In this document: piece after piece, positions 1 to 9,518 of the stretch | Numbering within the stretch: position 1 is the first letter of the stretch | Layout: each line of letters opens with the position of its first letter | Assembly: GCF_000016745.1 (NCBI RefSeq) | Contig: NC_009483.1 | Coordinates: 4,560,001 to 4,592,000 of the forward strand | Direction: 5' to 3' | From: Geotalea uraniireducens Rf4 | Lineage (GTDB): Bacteria; Desulfobacterota; Desulfuromonadia; Geobacterales; Geobacteraceae | Length of the DNA stretch: 32,000 nt | Position numbers and translations under genes: made by a program | The notes under the pieces: model-generated | Databases searched by the model: none | What the model saw: the letters and a program-made list of their open reading frames with translations, nothing else | What the model was told of the DNA's origin: nothing

Positions 1-270
1 CTCGACCGGCGCGTACGAGCTCTCTTTCCCCTCCGGGGGGTATGGTCTATCGACCGGATGAGAACCGCCGGTGAGGCAATTAATCCCGAGACAGTTGGAA
101 ACGGATTTTGCCGCCGTCCCATCATGACAGGTGAGGCATTCCATGGCAACGCCCTGAGCATTGACCACATATCCGTGATGATCCACTTGTTCGGCATAGG
201 GAGACTTCAGCATCACGGCCATCAGGACCACGGCCAGCAACAGACTGAACAGATAGAGTATCTTTCGCAT
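1..270 (-). CDS. c-type cytochrome, N-terminal 90 aa (gene continues past window start)
   Basis: Open-ended, so absent from the ORF track. Reverse-strand ATG at 270-268 with GGAGG (RC of 278-282) 7 nt upstream. Translation MRKILYLFSLLLAVVLMAVMLKSPYAEQ... looks like a signal peptide, followed by the haem-binding motif CLTCH (CXXCH). Confidence 0.75.
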   Translation of the reverse strand, partial: MRKILYLFSLLLAVVLMAVMLKSPYAEQVDHHGYVVNAQGVAMECLTCHDGTAAKSVSNCLGINCLTGGSHPVDRPYPPEGKESSYAPVE

Positions 271-378
271 ATCACTACCTCCACAATATGTCGATCCAGA
301 TACATCGTCCCCCCATAGCATTAGTCAATCTAAGTTTATCACCCCATATCCCATGTGCAATCTCTGGATGCAGCAATG

Positions 379-588
379 TCACCAGTGCCTCTCCGGCGGC
401 GCTGTCCGCCCCGTCAGTCTGATTTCCCCATCCGTCACCTGAAAGGTGTCCCCATACTGGTTGGTCCATTTGTCCCCTTCTTCAAGAGGATAAGGGACCT
501 CGCGGCTGCCGAGAAACACCTCGTCTTCACCGATATAGGCAAACCATTCAAGATTGCCGGTCATCCATATTGTATTTTTTATCTCCAT
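379..588 (-). CDS. hypothetical small protein (69 aa)
   Basis: ORF with GGAGG about 8 nt upstream of the ATG (RC of 596-600), same strand as the cytochrome gene. No recognisable motif. Confidence 0.4.
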   Translation of the reverse strand: MEIKNTIWMTGNLEWFAYIGEDEVFLGSREVPYPLEEGDKWTNQYGDTFQVTDGEIRLTGRTAPPERHW

Positions 589-732
589 TGAAAAACCTCC
601 GTAGTGTTGTTGATTGATAGTACTACAGTGTGACCGGGTCAGGCAACTCCGCTTTTTACTTGTTGCCGGGTCAAGTTTTTGCTATTACATGGATTCTATT
701 AGAAAAAACATGGATGAAAAGGGGTCATAGAT

Positions 733-1569
733 ATGAAATTCACCAAAATGCATGGCGCAGGCAACGACTATGTTTATGTGAACTGTTTTTCCGAGCGGGT
801 GGACAACCCGGCGGACGTGGCAATCAAGGTGTCCAACCGCAATTTCGGCATCGGCTCCGACGGACTGATCCTCATCATGCCGTCCGACAAGGCGGATGTG
901 CGGATGCGCATGTTCAACTCCGACGGCTCCGAATCGGAAATGTGCGGAAACGGCATCCGTTGCGTGGCAAAATATGCGTACGACCATGGCATTGTCGGCA
1001 AAAAAGAGATCTCCGCCGAGACAGGCGCAGGTATCTTGACCCTCCAACTCTTCACCAACGAGGCAAATAAGGTGGAAAAGGTCCGCGTCAATATGGGCAG
1101 GCCCCGCCTCACCCGCAGCGAAATCCCCATGACCGGAGAGGCTGGCGCAAAAGTGATCAATGAGCCGCTCAACATCCTTCACACCACATTCCACATCACC
1201 TGCGCATCCATGGGCAACCCCCACTGCGTGATCTTTGTCGACGACGTGGAGAACTTCCAGGTGGAAAAATACGGCCCTATCATCGAGAACCACGAGATAT
1301 TTCCCCGCCGCACCAACGTGGAATTCGTCCAGATCATCTCCCGCACCGAAGTGCGCCAGCGCACCTGGGAACGGGGCGCCGGCGAGACGCTCGCCTGCGG
1401 TACCGGCGCCAGCGCCGTCTGCGTGGCCGGCGCACTCAACGGACTGACGGAGAAGAAGATCCTCAACCACCTCTCAGGCGGCGACCTGGAGCTGGAATGG
1501 GCCGAAGACGGCTTCCTCTACATGACCGGCCCGGCGGTGGAAGTGTTCAGCGGAGAGATCGAGATTTAA
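733..1569 (+). CDS. dapF: diaminopimelate epimerase
   Basis: 278 aa. N-terminus [16 protein letters not shown]; both catalytic-Cys regions present ([13 protein letters not shown] and [14 protein letters not shown]). Confidence 0.95.
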   Translation: MKFTKMHGAGNDYVYVNCFSERVDNPADVAIKVSNRNFGIGSDGLILIMPSDKADVRMRMFNSDGSESEMCGNGIRCVAKYAYDHGIVGKKEISAETGAGILTLQLFTNEANKVEKVRVNMGRPRLTRSEIPMTGEAGAKVINEPLNILHTTFHITCASMGNPHCVIFVDDVENFQVEKYGPIIENHEIFPRRTNVEFVQIISRTEVRQRTWERGAGETLACGTGASAVCVAGALNGLTEKKILNHLSGGDLELEWAEDGFLYMTGPAVEVFSGEIEI

Positions 1570-1571
1570 TC

Positions 1572-1650
1572 GTAGGGGCGCACCCATGTGTGCGCCCTGG
1601 TTTTCAACCATCGGATTCAGAACCGGGCAGACACATGGGTCTGCCCCTAC
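1572..1650. repeat. REP-like hairpin doublet (GTAGGGGCGCAC...GTGCGCCC / GGGCAGAC...GTCTGCCCCTAC)
   Basis: Two GC-rich hairpins in inverted orientation (1572-1597 and 1625-1650). The same architecture recurs at 23315-23386. Confidence 0.75.
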
Positions 1651-1659
1651 AGGGTCCCC

Positions 1660-2088
1660 ATGCAGAATTGCCCCATGTGCAGCAAGTGGAACGATGAACC
1701 AGATTTGCAGATTGCCGAACTGGAGCACTGCCTGGTCATGCTCAACCGCGACCAGTTCTTTCCCGGCTACACCTTCGTCTTTGCCAAAAACCACGTGACG
1801 GAACTGTTCCACCTGGAGCGGGAGGTGAGAAGCGCCGTCATGGAAGAGGTTTCCGCCGTAGCCGCCGCCCTTTACAAGCTCTTTCAGCCGGCTAAAATTA
1901 ACTACGAGCTCCTCGGCAACATGGTGCCGCACATGCACTGGCACCTGGTGCCACGCTTCGCCACCGACCCGATCTGGCCCCGCCCCATCTGGTCCGAGCC
2001 CCACGACGAGGTGGTCCTCACCTCCACAGAATATGCCGGGCGGATTGAGTTGATCAGAAAAGCAATTTCACTGCAGAAAACACATTGA
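1660..2088 (+). CDS. HIT-family (histidine triad) hydrolase
   Basis: HIT motif HMHWHLVPR. The track start at 1588 lies inside the REP doublet, so I prefer the in-frame ATG at 1660 (MQNCPMCSKW...). Confidence 0.8.
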   Translation: MQNCPMCSKWNDEPDLQIAELEHCLVMLNRDQFFPGYTFVFAKNHVTELFHLEREVRSAVMEEVSAVAAALYKLFQPAKINYELLGNMVPHMHWHLVPRFATDPIWPRPIWSEPHDEVVLTSTEYAGRIELIRKAISLQKTH

Positions 2089-2108
2089 AACAGCTGAAAA
2101 TACAATCA

Positions 2109-2138
2109 TTGAACCGCAAAGCCGCAAAGGACGCGAAG
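2109..2138. repeat. TTGAACCGCAAAG..CGCAAAGGACGC repeat, left copy
   Basis: ttgaaccgcaaagccgcaaaggacgcgaag. The reverse complement of 3071-3117 is the same family (..ttgaaccgcaaaggacgcaaagggcctaaagcgcaaaggacgcaaag). Confidence 0.6.
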
Positions 2139-2256
2139 AAACCCAAAACTTCTTCTATTCCGCCAACAGCAATTTCTTGGGAAGTCCCCCTTTATGAAAA
2201 GGGGATTTAGTCTCTTACTACTTGAGTCGTTCAAAATGTTAAAGCAATACATGACT

Positions 2257-2346
2257 CACGCGACGACGCAACGACGCAACGTTTTAAAACCATGAACCAA
2301 TAATTTGGTTTAAAAGCCTTTCGTTGCGTCGTCGCGTCGTTGCGTG
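2257..2346. repeat. 90-bp imperfect palindrome (25-nt arms of CGACGCAACG-type units)
   Basis: Arm 2257-2281 versus RC of 2322-2346 matches 23/25. The inner part (ttttaaaacca / tggtttaaaag) is also self-complementary. It ends 1 nt before IS200 copy 1. Confidence 0.7.
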
Positions 2347-2347
2347 A

Positions 2348-3003
2348 AGTAAAGAACCCCGCCCAGAGGACGGGGCTTTGAAAGGCACCCCATAGGGGTG
2401 CTGAATGCGTGCCCTCATAGAAGGCACGCTGCGAGTTGTCCCCTTTTATAAGGTTGCTATTTGGTTTCTGTTCGCTCTTTCTTCTCTTGATAGACAACGT
2501 ACTTGCGGATCATCTCCGCATCAAGACCAACTGTATCAACACAGTAACCTTCGGCCCAAAAATGGTTGCCCCAATAGGGGCGTTCTTTGAGATATGGATA
2601 TTGCTTGAATACCCGAATAGCCGTGCGACCCTTGATAGCACCCATGAATTCCGACACTGATACCTTCGGAAGAATTTTAACCAACAAGTGCACGTGATCC
2701 GGTTGCACATTCAACTCCACCACTTCGCAACCAAGACGACCCGAAAACACTTGGATACACTTATACACCTCTTCGGCAACTGGACCACGCAACACACGAT
2801 AACGATACTTCGGCACCCAAACAATGTGATATTGACAGTGCCATAGAACGTGAGATAACTTCTGAAACCTGCTCATCTGCTGCTCCTTTCGACTTGAATT
2901 GTGGGGACAACTCAAGTTCAGGTGTAGCAGATGGGCAATCTACAGGCAAAGCCAACGAACGCTGACCCCGCCCACAGGACGGGGTTTTATGAGGCTCAAT
3001 AAA
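2348..3003 (-). mobile_element. IS200-type insertion sequence, copy 1 (656 bp)
   Basis: 656-bp block identical base for base to 26332-26987 (checked line by line). Single Y1 transposase gene. Subterminal hairpins in the same orientation (ccccgcccagaggacgggg at 2357-2375, ccccgcccacaggacgggg at 2967-2985). No terminal inverted repeats. Confidence 0.9.
2457..2876 (-). CDS. tnpA: IS200/IS605-family Y1 (HUH) transposase TnpA
   Basis: MSRFQKLSHVLWHCQYHIVWVPKYRYRVL...QPDHVHLLV (HUH)...GNHFWAEGYCVDTVG (catalytic-Tyr region). AAGGAG lies upstream of the ATG at 2876. The longer track ORF (to 2915) has no RBS. Confidence 0.9.
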   Translation of the reverse strand: MSRFQKLSHVLWHCQYHIVWVPKYRYRVLRGPVAEEVYKCIQVFSGRLGCEVVELNVQPDHVHLLVKILPKVSVSEFMGAIKGRTAIRVFKQYPYLKERPYWGNHFWAEGYCVDTVGLDAEMIRKYVVYQEKKERTETK

Positions 3004-3070
3004 ATATTTTGGTTTTGGCTTGTCCTGCTCAACGGAAGATTAATGTTAATCAGGAAACTTCTTGATTTGA

Positions 3071-3117
3071 CTTTGCGTCCTTTGCGCTTTAGGCCCTTTG
3101 CGTCCTTTGCGGTTCAA
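3071..3117. repeat. GCAAAGGACGCAAAG-type repeat, right (inverted) copy
   Basis: ctttgcgtcctttgcgctttaggccctttgcgtcctttgcggttcaa, the inverted partner of 2109-2138. Confidence 0.6.
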
Positions 3118-3175
3118 AGATTTATCAGCTTTGCTGTTTCTCTCATGATTACCATCCGTTATGAAAGGATAGATT

Positions 3176-4024
3176 ATGGATTACTTAGGCGCGCACATGT
3201 CCATTGCCGGCGGCCTGCACAACGCCCCCGATCGGGGCGTGAAAGCCGGCTGCGGCGTGATCCAGGTTTTCACCCAGAACTCCAACCAGTGGCGCGGCAA
3301 GGCGATCTCGGACCCGGATGTCGCCCTCTTCAAAGAAAAATTGAAGGAATCGGGCCTCCACGAAATCATCAGTCACGACATCTACCTCATCAACCTTGCC
3401 GCAGCGCCCGGCGAGGTGCGGGACAAGAGCCTGGCCGGCTTTCAGGAAGAGATGGAACGCTGCGCCCGTCTCGGCATCGGCAAGATCGTCATGCACCCGG
3501 GCGCCCACAATGGTGACGGCGAAGAAACAGGGCTCCGGCGGATCGTCGAGGCCTTCGACCATCTCTTCGAAAATACGCCCGCCTACACCGGCATGATCCT
3601 CCTGGAAACCACTGCCGGCCAGGGAACCAACGTCGGCTACACCTTCGAGCACCTGCGGGCGATCATCGACGGTTCGGCCCATCCCGGCCGCTTCGGCATC
3701 TGCTACGACACCTGCCACACCTTCGCCGCCGGCTACGACATCACCAGCGAAGCGGGCTACAAGGCGGTCTGGGAGGAGTTCGACCGGATCATCGGCATCG
3801 ACCGGCTGCAATGCTTCCACATCAACGACTCAAAAAAGGGACTCAACTGCCGTGTGGACCGTCACGAGCACATCGGTCAGGGAGCCATTGGGTTAAGCGC
3901 CTTCCGCTTCATCATGAACGACCCGCGTTTCGTCAAAATCCCCAAGATCCTGGAGACCCCCAAGGGGGACAACGACGAGATGGACGGGGTAAATTTGAAA
4001 ACTCTGCGTGATCTGGTGGAATAG
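3176..4024 (+). CDS. nfo: deoxyribonuclease IV (endonuclease IV)
   Basis: 282 aa with typical Nfo blocks: GAHMSIAGG, HDIYLINL, MHPGAH, LETTAGQG, CYDTCH, HINDSK. Confidence 0.9.
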   Translation: MDYLGAHMSIAGGLHNAPDRGVKAGCGVIQVFTQNSNQWRGKAISDPDVALFKEKLKESGLHEIISHDIYLINLAAAPGEVRDKSLAGFQEEMERCARLGIGKIVMHPGAHNGDGEETGLRRIVEAFDHLFENTPAYTGMILLETTAGQGTNVGYTFEHLRAIIDGSAHPGRFGICYDTCHTFAAGYDITSEAGYKAVWEEFDRIIGIDRLQCFHINDSKKGLNCRVDRHEHIGQGAIGLSAFRFIMNDPRFVKIPKILETPKGDNDEMDGVNLKTLRDLVE

Positions 4025-4054
4025 GTTCAACCATTTTCCCACCAACCAGCAATA

Positions 4055-4090
4055 CAAAAAAGTCCCGTCGGCAAAACGGGACTTTTTTGT
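4055..4090. terminator. bidirectional intrinsic terminator after nfo
   Basis: aaaaaagtcccgtcggcaaaacgggactttttt: 7-bp GC stem (4061-4067 / 4077-4083) flanked by an A-run and a T-run. Confidence 0.8.
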
Positions 4091-4316
4091 ATTCAAAATC
4101 GTCTTTCTAAGTTGCAGCTCATGTGCTATGACTATCAACAATTACGTACCGATGTCGGTTACAGTATGCCATATCGAAGACCTGAGAAAAGAGAAGCTAA
4201 AGAGGGCGCCCCGCTGCTTTTTTACATGGCTGCTTACGTATGATATGACCATGCAGGGGAATACATAGATCAAAATAATCATTGAATCATAGTAACATAT
4301 AGGATACCATTACCCC

Positions 4317-4652
4317 ATGAGCTATAAGGTTGAAGAATACCTCCGCGAAGACGGAACAAGCCCTTACGAAGAATGGTTCATGGGGCTGGACACCGTCGCG
4401 GCGGCAAAAATTACGACCGTGAAACTCAAAATGGAACAGGGCAATTTTTCCAACGTCAAGTGGTTCCGGGCAATTGGTGAATACCGTCTTGATTGGGGAC
4501 CGGGCTATCGGGTCTATATCGGTCGAGACGGTGAACGGCTGATTATCCTTCTCGGCGGTGGAACGAAGAAGGGACAGCAAAGGGATATTGACCGGGCAGA
4601 AGCCATGTGGGAAGAATACAAAGAACGAAAAGCCAAACAGAAAAAGAAATAG
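4317..4652 (+). CDS. RelE/ParE-superfamily toxin (addiction-module killer type)
   Basis: 111 aa. N-terminus [25 protein letters not shown] and [31 protein letters not shown] are typical of the killer protein paired with a HigA-type antidote. The antitoxin gene follows 25 nt downstream. Confidence 0.75.
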   Translation: MSYKVEEYLREDGTSPYEEWFMGLDTVAAAKITTVKLKMEQGNFSNVKWFRAIGEYRLDWGPGYRVYIGRDGERLIILLGGGTKKGQQRDIDRAEAMWEEYKERKAKQKKK

Positions 4653-4677
4653 ATTTAAGGAAGTTACAGGAGGCAAA

Positions 4678-4998
4678 ATGGCTCTTACAAGAGACTTCAA
4701 AGAAACTGTAAAAAAACGGGTTGAATGTGACCCGGATTTTGCCAGGGCACTGCTTCATGAAGCAGTCGATTTAATGCTGGATGGCGACTCAACGACCGCC
4801 AAACTGATTTTACGCGATCTGATAAACGCAACTGTCGGGTTCGAGCGACTTGCTGAAGAAGTCAATAAGCCAAGCAAAAGCCTCCACCGCATGCTTTCCA
4901 CTTCCGGCAACCCTACAATGGAGAATCTATCGGCTATCTTTGCAACCATCAAAAAAACCTTGCACGTCAGAATAGATACTACTGTCACTGCTGCCTAG
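4678..4998 (+). CDS. addiction-module antidote protein (HigA-family HTH antitoxin)
   Basis: AGGAGG 6 nt upstream of the ATG at 4678. MALTRDFKETV...ARALLHEAVDLMLDGD...KSLHRMLSTSGNPTMENL (HTH). I prefer this over the track start at 4558. Confidence 0.75.
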   Translation: MALTRDFKETVKKRVECDPDFARALLHEAVDLMLDGDSTTAKLILRDLINATVGFERLAEEVNKPSKSLHRMLSTSGNPTMENLSAIFATIKKTLHVRIDTTVTAA

Positions 4999-5159
4999 GA
5001 GTCTGTCGGACTTAGGGAATCGTATCGAGAGGATGGAAAATCGAGGACAGATTTCCGGAAATTTGAGAGCTAATAGTGGACCTATTCGTCGAAAATTTAC
5101 GGGAATATGGACCGATTTGCCATTCTCGCAGTAGATTCATTCCTAAGTCCGACAGGCTC
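4999..5159. mobile_element. 161-bp MITE-like palindromic element with CTAG target duplication
   Basis: TIRs gagtctgtcggacttagggaat (4999-5020) and attcctaagtccgacaggctc (5139-5159). The interior is also largely self-complementary. Flanked by CTAG at 4995-4998 and 5160-5163. Confidence 0.7.
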
Positions 5160-5246
5160 CTAGAACGTGCTTCCAACCGCCAACACATCTGTAGGCCACC
5201 AATAGCCCCTTCGTGGCAAGACGGGAAAGCTTCAGACGTTAAATCG

Positions 5247-6569
5247 AGGGTGTAAAAAGGTTTGTGTAAATGGTCATTAGGGGGTACACCAAGTTACCCT
5301 AAGGAGATCACATGACTATTAACACCGACGTAATCGACGATCTACTCAAACATTATAAGACCCCCGAAGAGATTCTAGGGGAAAACGGGCTGCTGAAGCA
5401 GTTGACCAAGGCTGTTCTTCAGCGGGCGCTCCAGGCTGAAATGACACTGCACCTCGGCCACGAGAAGCATGCTTCCGTTTCCGCCAAAGGTGGCAATGCA
5501 CGCAATGGCTCGTCGGCAAAGACCATCAAAGGCGATTTTGGCACCATGCCGATTGAGGTCCCTCGTGACCGGGATAGCAGCTTTGAACCAGTCATCATTC
5601 CCAAAGGCCAAACCCGGTTCGCCGAGTTCGATGATAAGATTATCTCCCTGTACTCCCGCGGGCTTACCACTCGTGAGATCCAGGGACACTTGGAGGAAAT
5701 CTACGGTGTTGAAGTATCCCCCGCTCTGATTTCAATAGTGACTGAAGCAGTAGCTGAAGAGGTCAAAGCTTGGCAGAACCGCCCGTTGGATGCGCTTTAT
5801 CCCATCGTTTACATGGATGCCATCAGGGTCAAAGCCAGAGGCAATGGCCATGTTGTGAACAAGGCTGTCTATCTGGCCATCGGCATCAACATAGACGGTG
5901 CCAAGGAAGTTCTGGGAATGTGGGTCTCCGAAAACGAAGGAGCCAAGTTCTGGTTGCAGGTTGTGACCGAACTTAAGAACCGTGGTGTCCAGGACATCTT
6001 CATTGCCTGCGTTGACGGCCTGAAGGGGTTCCCTGAGGCCATAGAAATAGTTTATCCCAACACTCAAGTCCAACTTTGCATCGTCCATATGGTACGCAAT
6101 TCCTTGAAGTTCGTTTCGTGGAAACAACGCAAAGAAGTTGCGACAGATTTGAAGGTTATCTACCAGTCAGCGACCGCTGAGCAGGCCGAAATGGAACTGA
6201 CAGCATTTGAGGCAAAATGGGACAAAACACACCCGACGATCAGCCAGTCCTGGCGCCGGAACTGGGCGCAAGTTATACCATTTTTTGCCTATCCAGCTGA
6301 TATACGAAAGGTTATTTACACAACCAATGCCATTGAATCACTGAATATGTCACTCAGAAAGGTGACCAAAAACCGGGGCTCGTTTCCCAATGATGAGGCA
6401 ATGTTCAAGTTACTATACCTGGCGCTGAGAAACATCGCGAAGAAATGGACCCTGCCGATCAGAGACTGGAAAGCTGCCATGAACCGCTTTTCCATTCTTT
6501 TTGAAGACAGAATGCCAAGCTATTAAAAACAGGGAACCAAAACCATTTACACAAAACTATTGACAGGCC
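5247..6569 (+). mobile_element. IS256-family insertion sequence (about 1.32 kb)
   Basis: Imperfect IRs (agggtgtaaaaaggtttgtgtaaatggt versus RC of accatttacacaaaactattgacaggcc). Direct repeat cgttaaatcg at 5237-5246 and 6570-6579. Single mutator-type transposase. Ends are good to about 2 nt. Confidence 0.8.
5312..6526 (+). CDS. IS256-family (Mutator-type) transposase
   Basis: 404 aa. Blocks GENGLLKQLTKAVLQRALQAEMTLHLGHEKH, YPIVYMDAIRVK, FIACVDGLKGFPEAI, QLCIVHMVRNS, TTNAIESLN. Confidence 0.9.
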   Translation: MTINTDVIDDLLKHYKTPEEILGENGLLKQLTKAVLQRALQAEMTLHLGHEKHASVSAKGGNARNGSSAKTIKGDFGTMPIEVPRDRDSSFEPVIIPKGQTRFAEFDDKIISLYSRGLTTREIQGHLEEIYGVEVSPALISIVTEAVAEEVKAWQNRPLDALYPIVYMDAIRVKARGNGHVVNKAVYLAIGINIDGAKEVLGMWVSENEGAKFWLQVVTELKNRGVQDIFIACVDGLKGFPEAIEIVYPNTQVQLCIVHMVRNSLKFVSWKQRKEVATDLKVIYQSATAEQAEMELTAFEAKWDKTHPTISQSWRRNWAQVIPFFAYPADIRKVIYTTNAIESLNMSLRKVTKNRGSFPNDEAMFKLLYLALRNIAKKWTLPIRDWKAAMNRFSILFEDRMPSY

Positions 6570-6591
6570 CGTTAAATCGGAGGTGGTCCGA

Positions 6592-7217
6592 ATGTACAAT
6601 CTTTACCTTTTCATGCTGGCCTCCGTCCTCCTGACCATTGCCCCGGGACCGGACAACATCTACGTCCTCACACGGGGAATCGCTCAGGGACGGGGAGCTG
6701 CACTGGCAGCAGCACTCGGCTTTACCTCCGGACTCGTCGGCCACACCATGCTGGCCGTCTTCGGCCTGGCGGCGGTGATCCGCTCTTCCGAACTCCTCTT
6801 CAGCCTCATCAAGTTCGCCGGAGCCGCCTACCTCCTTTACCTGGGATACAGGACCCTGCGGCAACGTGAACCATTGCTTTCCGGTGAGCCGGCAGGCAAC
6901 GCCGTTGCATTGCGCCGGATTTACGGCCAGAGCGTCGTCGCCAATCTGCTCAACCCCAAGGTCTCGCTTTTTTCCTCTCGTTCCTGCCGCAGTTTGTAAA
7001 TCGTGACGCAGGCCACCCCGAACTCCAGATGCTCGTGCTCGGCGGCGTGTTCATGGTGGAGACACTCGTCATTTTCGGCATGATCGCCTTATGCTCGGGG
7101 ACATTGGGAAACTGGCTCAGAACCCGGCCGGCCGTGAGTCGGCGCCTGAATACCGCCGCCGGGATCGCCTTCATCGGCATCGGCGTGCGTCTGGCCGTCT
7201 CGGAGCGCGGCATCTGA
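6592..7217 (+). pseudogene. LysE/RhtB-family amino-acid exporter, frameshifted in a T6 tract
   Basis: GGAGG at 6579-6583, ATG at 6592. MYNLYLFMLASVLLTIAPGPDNIYV... reads to NPKVSLF, then hits a stop. The family motif continues in the -1 frame from 6972 (FLSFLPQFV...SERGI*, stop 7217). One extra T in the run at 6968-6973 would restore a single ORF. Confidence 0.75.
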
Positions 7218-7379
7218 TCTTTCGCACGCGAGAATCAGGCAGAGGGTGAAACCTTACCTTTACCGGCTGGACTATGGAGTAATCCCCAAAACGGCAGTTA
7301 GCCAGTAGAGTAGGAAGCAGGTTACTACATCATTAGGTTTGGCTTGTCCGTTTCCGCCCCTTTCGTTTGGCGGTGCCTA

Positions 7380-9377
7380 AGTAGCCTTACCATAGTTGCC
7401 TTAACCAGCTCCCCCTCGTCAAACCGTACGTGCGGATTTCCCGCATACGGCTTACCTATCAGCCTCTTGCTGCACGGCATTATTGAGGAGTTGTGGCTTT
7501 GCTGTTACAGGTAAACCAGACCATATCGCTTAAGTCCGGCATACAGGCTTTCACCTGCCCTGAAGGGTTTGCTCCGCCTTTGGCTCCGATTGTTCAGAAA
7601 TATTCGAAAGCGAGTCCTCGTGTAATGATTCACGTCTCGAAATACTTTCCGGGGATACCCGTAGTCGAAGTAGTTGCCCCATCCGCGAAGGATGCTGTTT
7701 ACCTCGGCAATTGCTTCGACAAGCGGCTTTTTGTATCCGCTTCGGGTCTTCTCCCGGATTTTTCCCTTGAGTGCTCCTATGGCCTTCTTACTCGGCATGA
7801 TGTTGAGATAATCCCAATCTCTGCCCCGCAGGTCACGGTCATAGCGGAGGGTGAATCCCAGAAAGTTCAGGCTCTCTTTCTTGTTCATTCTGACAATACC
7901 GGTTTTGTCACGGTTGATGCTGAGTCCAAGGTCTGTTTCGAGTTTCTCTTCCAGCCATCCGGTTATGCGATTGCCCATGTGTCTGGCCATTACTACGAAG
8001 TCGTCGGCAAACCGTACCATGCGCGCTCTGGCGAAGTGGTAGGGGCTGTCTGCTTCTTCGTGAAAGGCCCGGTCGAGCCGGTGAAGGTAGATGTTGGCAA
8101 GAAGGGGAGATATTACCCCGCCTTGTGGCGTCCCTTGTTTGGGACGGCTGATGCTGCCGTCTTCTTCTACTACCGGACTGTGAAGCCATTGCCGGATCAG
8201 TTTGAGGACACTCCGGTCGGCTATGCGCCGCTCAAGTTCTACTATCAGGTGCTCGTGGGGGATGCTGTCAAAGTAGCTCGAAAGATCCGCGTCATACACT
8301 TCCTGCCGTCCGAGTTGGAGGTTATTACCGACTTGGTCGAGGGCTCCATGGGGACGCCTTTTGGGACGAAATCCATGGGAGCAGTCGAGAAAGTCCACCT
8401 CAAATATCGGTTCGAGGATAAGGAGTACGGCTGCCTGTACAATTCTGTCCCGCACGCACGGTATGCCGAGCGGGCGCAGTTTGCCGTTGGGCTTGGTGAT
8501 GTAGACGCGACGCACCGGGGATGGTTTGTAGTTTTTGGTTCTCAGGCTTTCTTGAATTTCGTCAAGATAGCCGGATATTCCGTCTGCCCGCACCTCGATG
8601 GATTCAATGCTGACACCATCGACTCCCGGCGCGCCCTTGTTCGCCTTTACTCGCAACCACGCCGTTTCAAGTACATCACGACGATGGATTCGGTCGTAAA
8701 GGGCATAGAACCGGAACTGCGGTTCTCGTTTGGCCTTGCTGCTCAGTTTCCACCGCAGAAGGGAGACTTTTACCGGCAGTCCGGGTTCAGGTTCGAATCC
8801 TTCGGCCATCCATTCCGTTATGGAGCGTCTGTCGCTCAAGCGGGTCTCCTCTCTTTCCGTGTAAACATGACTGAAGTACGGCCCCTTGGCTCCACGGGCA
8901 TTACCCCGCTTCCCGGCTACTATGGGCCGCTCCGAATTCCGACCGTACACGCTTGGCGGGTTATTGATTCCCCGTCGGCGTTCTCCCTTCGGCGAAACCC
9001 TTTCGCTTTGGGAATTACGTCGGACCTCCCAGGTTCCTCGGCTGATCTTTCGACACGCGCCCTCCCCAATCACCCCGGACAGTCCCACCGGTTCTTTCGC
9101 TCGTTTATCACCGGTGGGTGGCAGGCTTCACCACATTCGGAAGGTTGGCCACTGTCAACTACGTGTAACGAGGCCGAAACGGGTTCGCTTGCGCTGGGCT
9201 CGCGTCTTCGTCGTCAGGGTAGTTATCGTACCCTTCGCTCTTTTCTTACAAAGAACCGGTCTTACTCCCCACGTTTGGTTACCCTCTCGTGACAGACCGC
9301 GACTACATGGTGAACGAGCAATTTACATGTCTGACACTTTTCAGTCAGATAGATCAGCCAGGCTTGGCCTGGCGTAC
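7380..9377 (-). mobile_element. group II intron (boundaries approximate)
   Basis: RT/maturase ORF within domain IV. A domain-V-like hairpin AAGCCGTATGCGGGAAATCCGCACGTACGGTTT (RC of 7421-7454) lies 50 nt after the ORF stop. About 570 nt of structured sequence lies upstream of the ORF. A possible 5' end GTACGCC is the RC of 9371-9377. Domain VI and the 3' end could not be placed. Confidence 0.7.
7505..8809 (-). CDS. group II intron reverse transcriptase/maturase (no endonuclease domain)
   Basis: Start taken at MAEGFEPEP.. (8809). [35 protein letters not shown] (YADD-type) and the maturase block RGWGNYF. Ends shortly after domain X with no HNH/Cys motifs. Confidence 0.85.
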   Translation of the reverse strand: MAEGFEPEPGLPVKVSLLRWKLSSKAKREPQFRFYALYDRIHRRDVLETAWLRVKANKGAPGVDGVSIESIEVRADGISGYLDEIQESLRTKNYKPSPVRRVYITKPNGKLRPLGIPCVRDRIVQAAVLLILEPIFEVDFLDCSHGFRPKRRPHGALDQVGNNLQLGRQEVYDADLSSYFDSIPHEHLIVELERRIADRSVLKLIRQWLHSPVVEEDGSISRPKQGTPQGGVISPLLANIYLHRLDRAFHEEADSPYHFARARMVRFADDFVVMARHMGNRITGWLEEKLETDLGLSINRDKTGIVRMNKKESLNFLGFTLRYDRDLRGRDWDYLNIMPSKKAIGALKGKIREKTRSGYKKPLVEAIAEVNSILRGWGNYFDYGYPRKVFRDVNHYTRTRFRIFLNNRSQRRSKPFRAGESLYAGLKRYGLVYL

Positions 9378-9382
9378 CGAAT

Positions 9383-9518
9383 GACACGAATTAACACGAA
9401 TGTTTTTAACCCCTTGTTAAGTCTTGAGTAGTCACCGATCTGGTGAATGCCTTCTGCATCACAAGAGCTTTTATATTCGTGCAAATTCGTGATAATTCAT
9501 GGTTAAAATGCTTTTTAT
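9383..9518. repeat. CACGAAT-type palindromic repeat element, copy A
   Basis: acacgaattaacacgaat (left) versus attcgtgcaaattcgtga (right) are inverted. The RC of about 9450-9518 matches 31935-32000 closely by eye. Confidence 0.65.

Noticed and set aside
275-469. 64-aa minus-strand ORF overlapping the 379-588 ORF, possibly a frameshifted single gene
   Set aside because: I could not find any motif continuity across the two frames. The downstream part overlaps the cytochrome gene's RBS region. Left as unsupported.
1588-1659. Longer N-terminus for the HIT protein (track start 1588)
   Set aside because: These codons lie inside the REP-like hairpin doublet. The conserved part of the protein begins after the ATG at 1660.
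2109-3117. c-di-GMP (GEMM-I) riboswitch, suggested by GGACGCAAAG words
   Set aside because: Only the short ACGCAAAG word is shared. There is no GGCAAACC / tetraloop-receptor architecture. The words occur as tandem and inverted repeat units, not as an aptamer upstream of a gene.
4385-4400. CTGGACACCG inside the RelE-like gene as the missing opposite end of the 23-bp repeat array
   Set aside because: It is a single 10-nt match within a coding sequence, with no tandem sites and no TGT terminus. It is most likely chance.
7493-9292. 599-aa ORF on the plus strand, the longest ORF in the window
   Set aside because: It lies antisense to the group II intron RT gene and intron RNA. It has no motifs and low-complexity composition. 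The opposite strand carries clear RT/maturase blocks.
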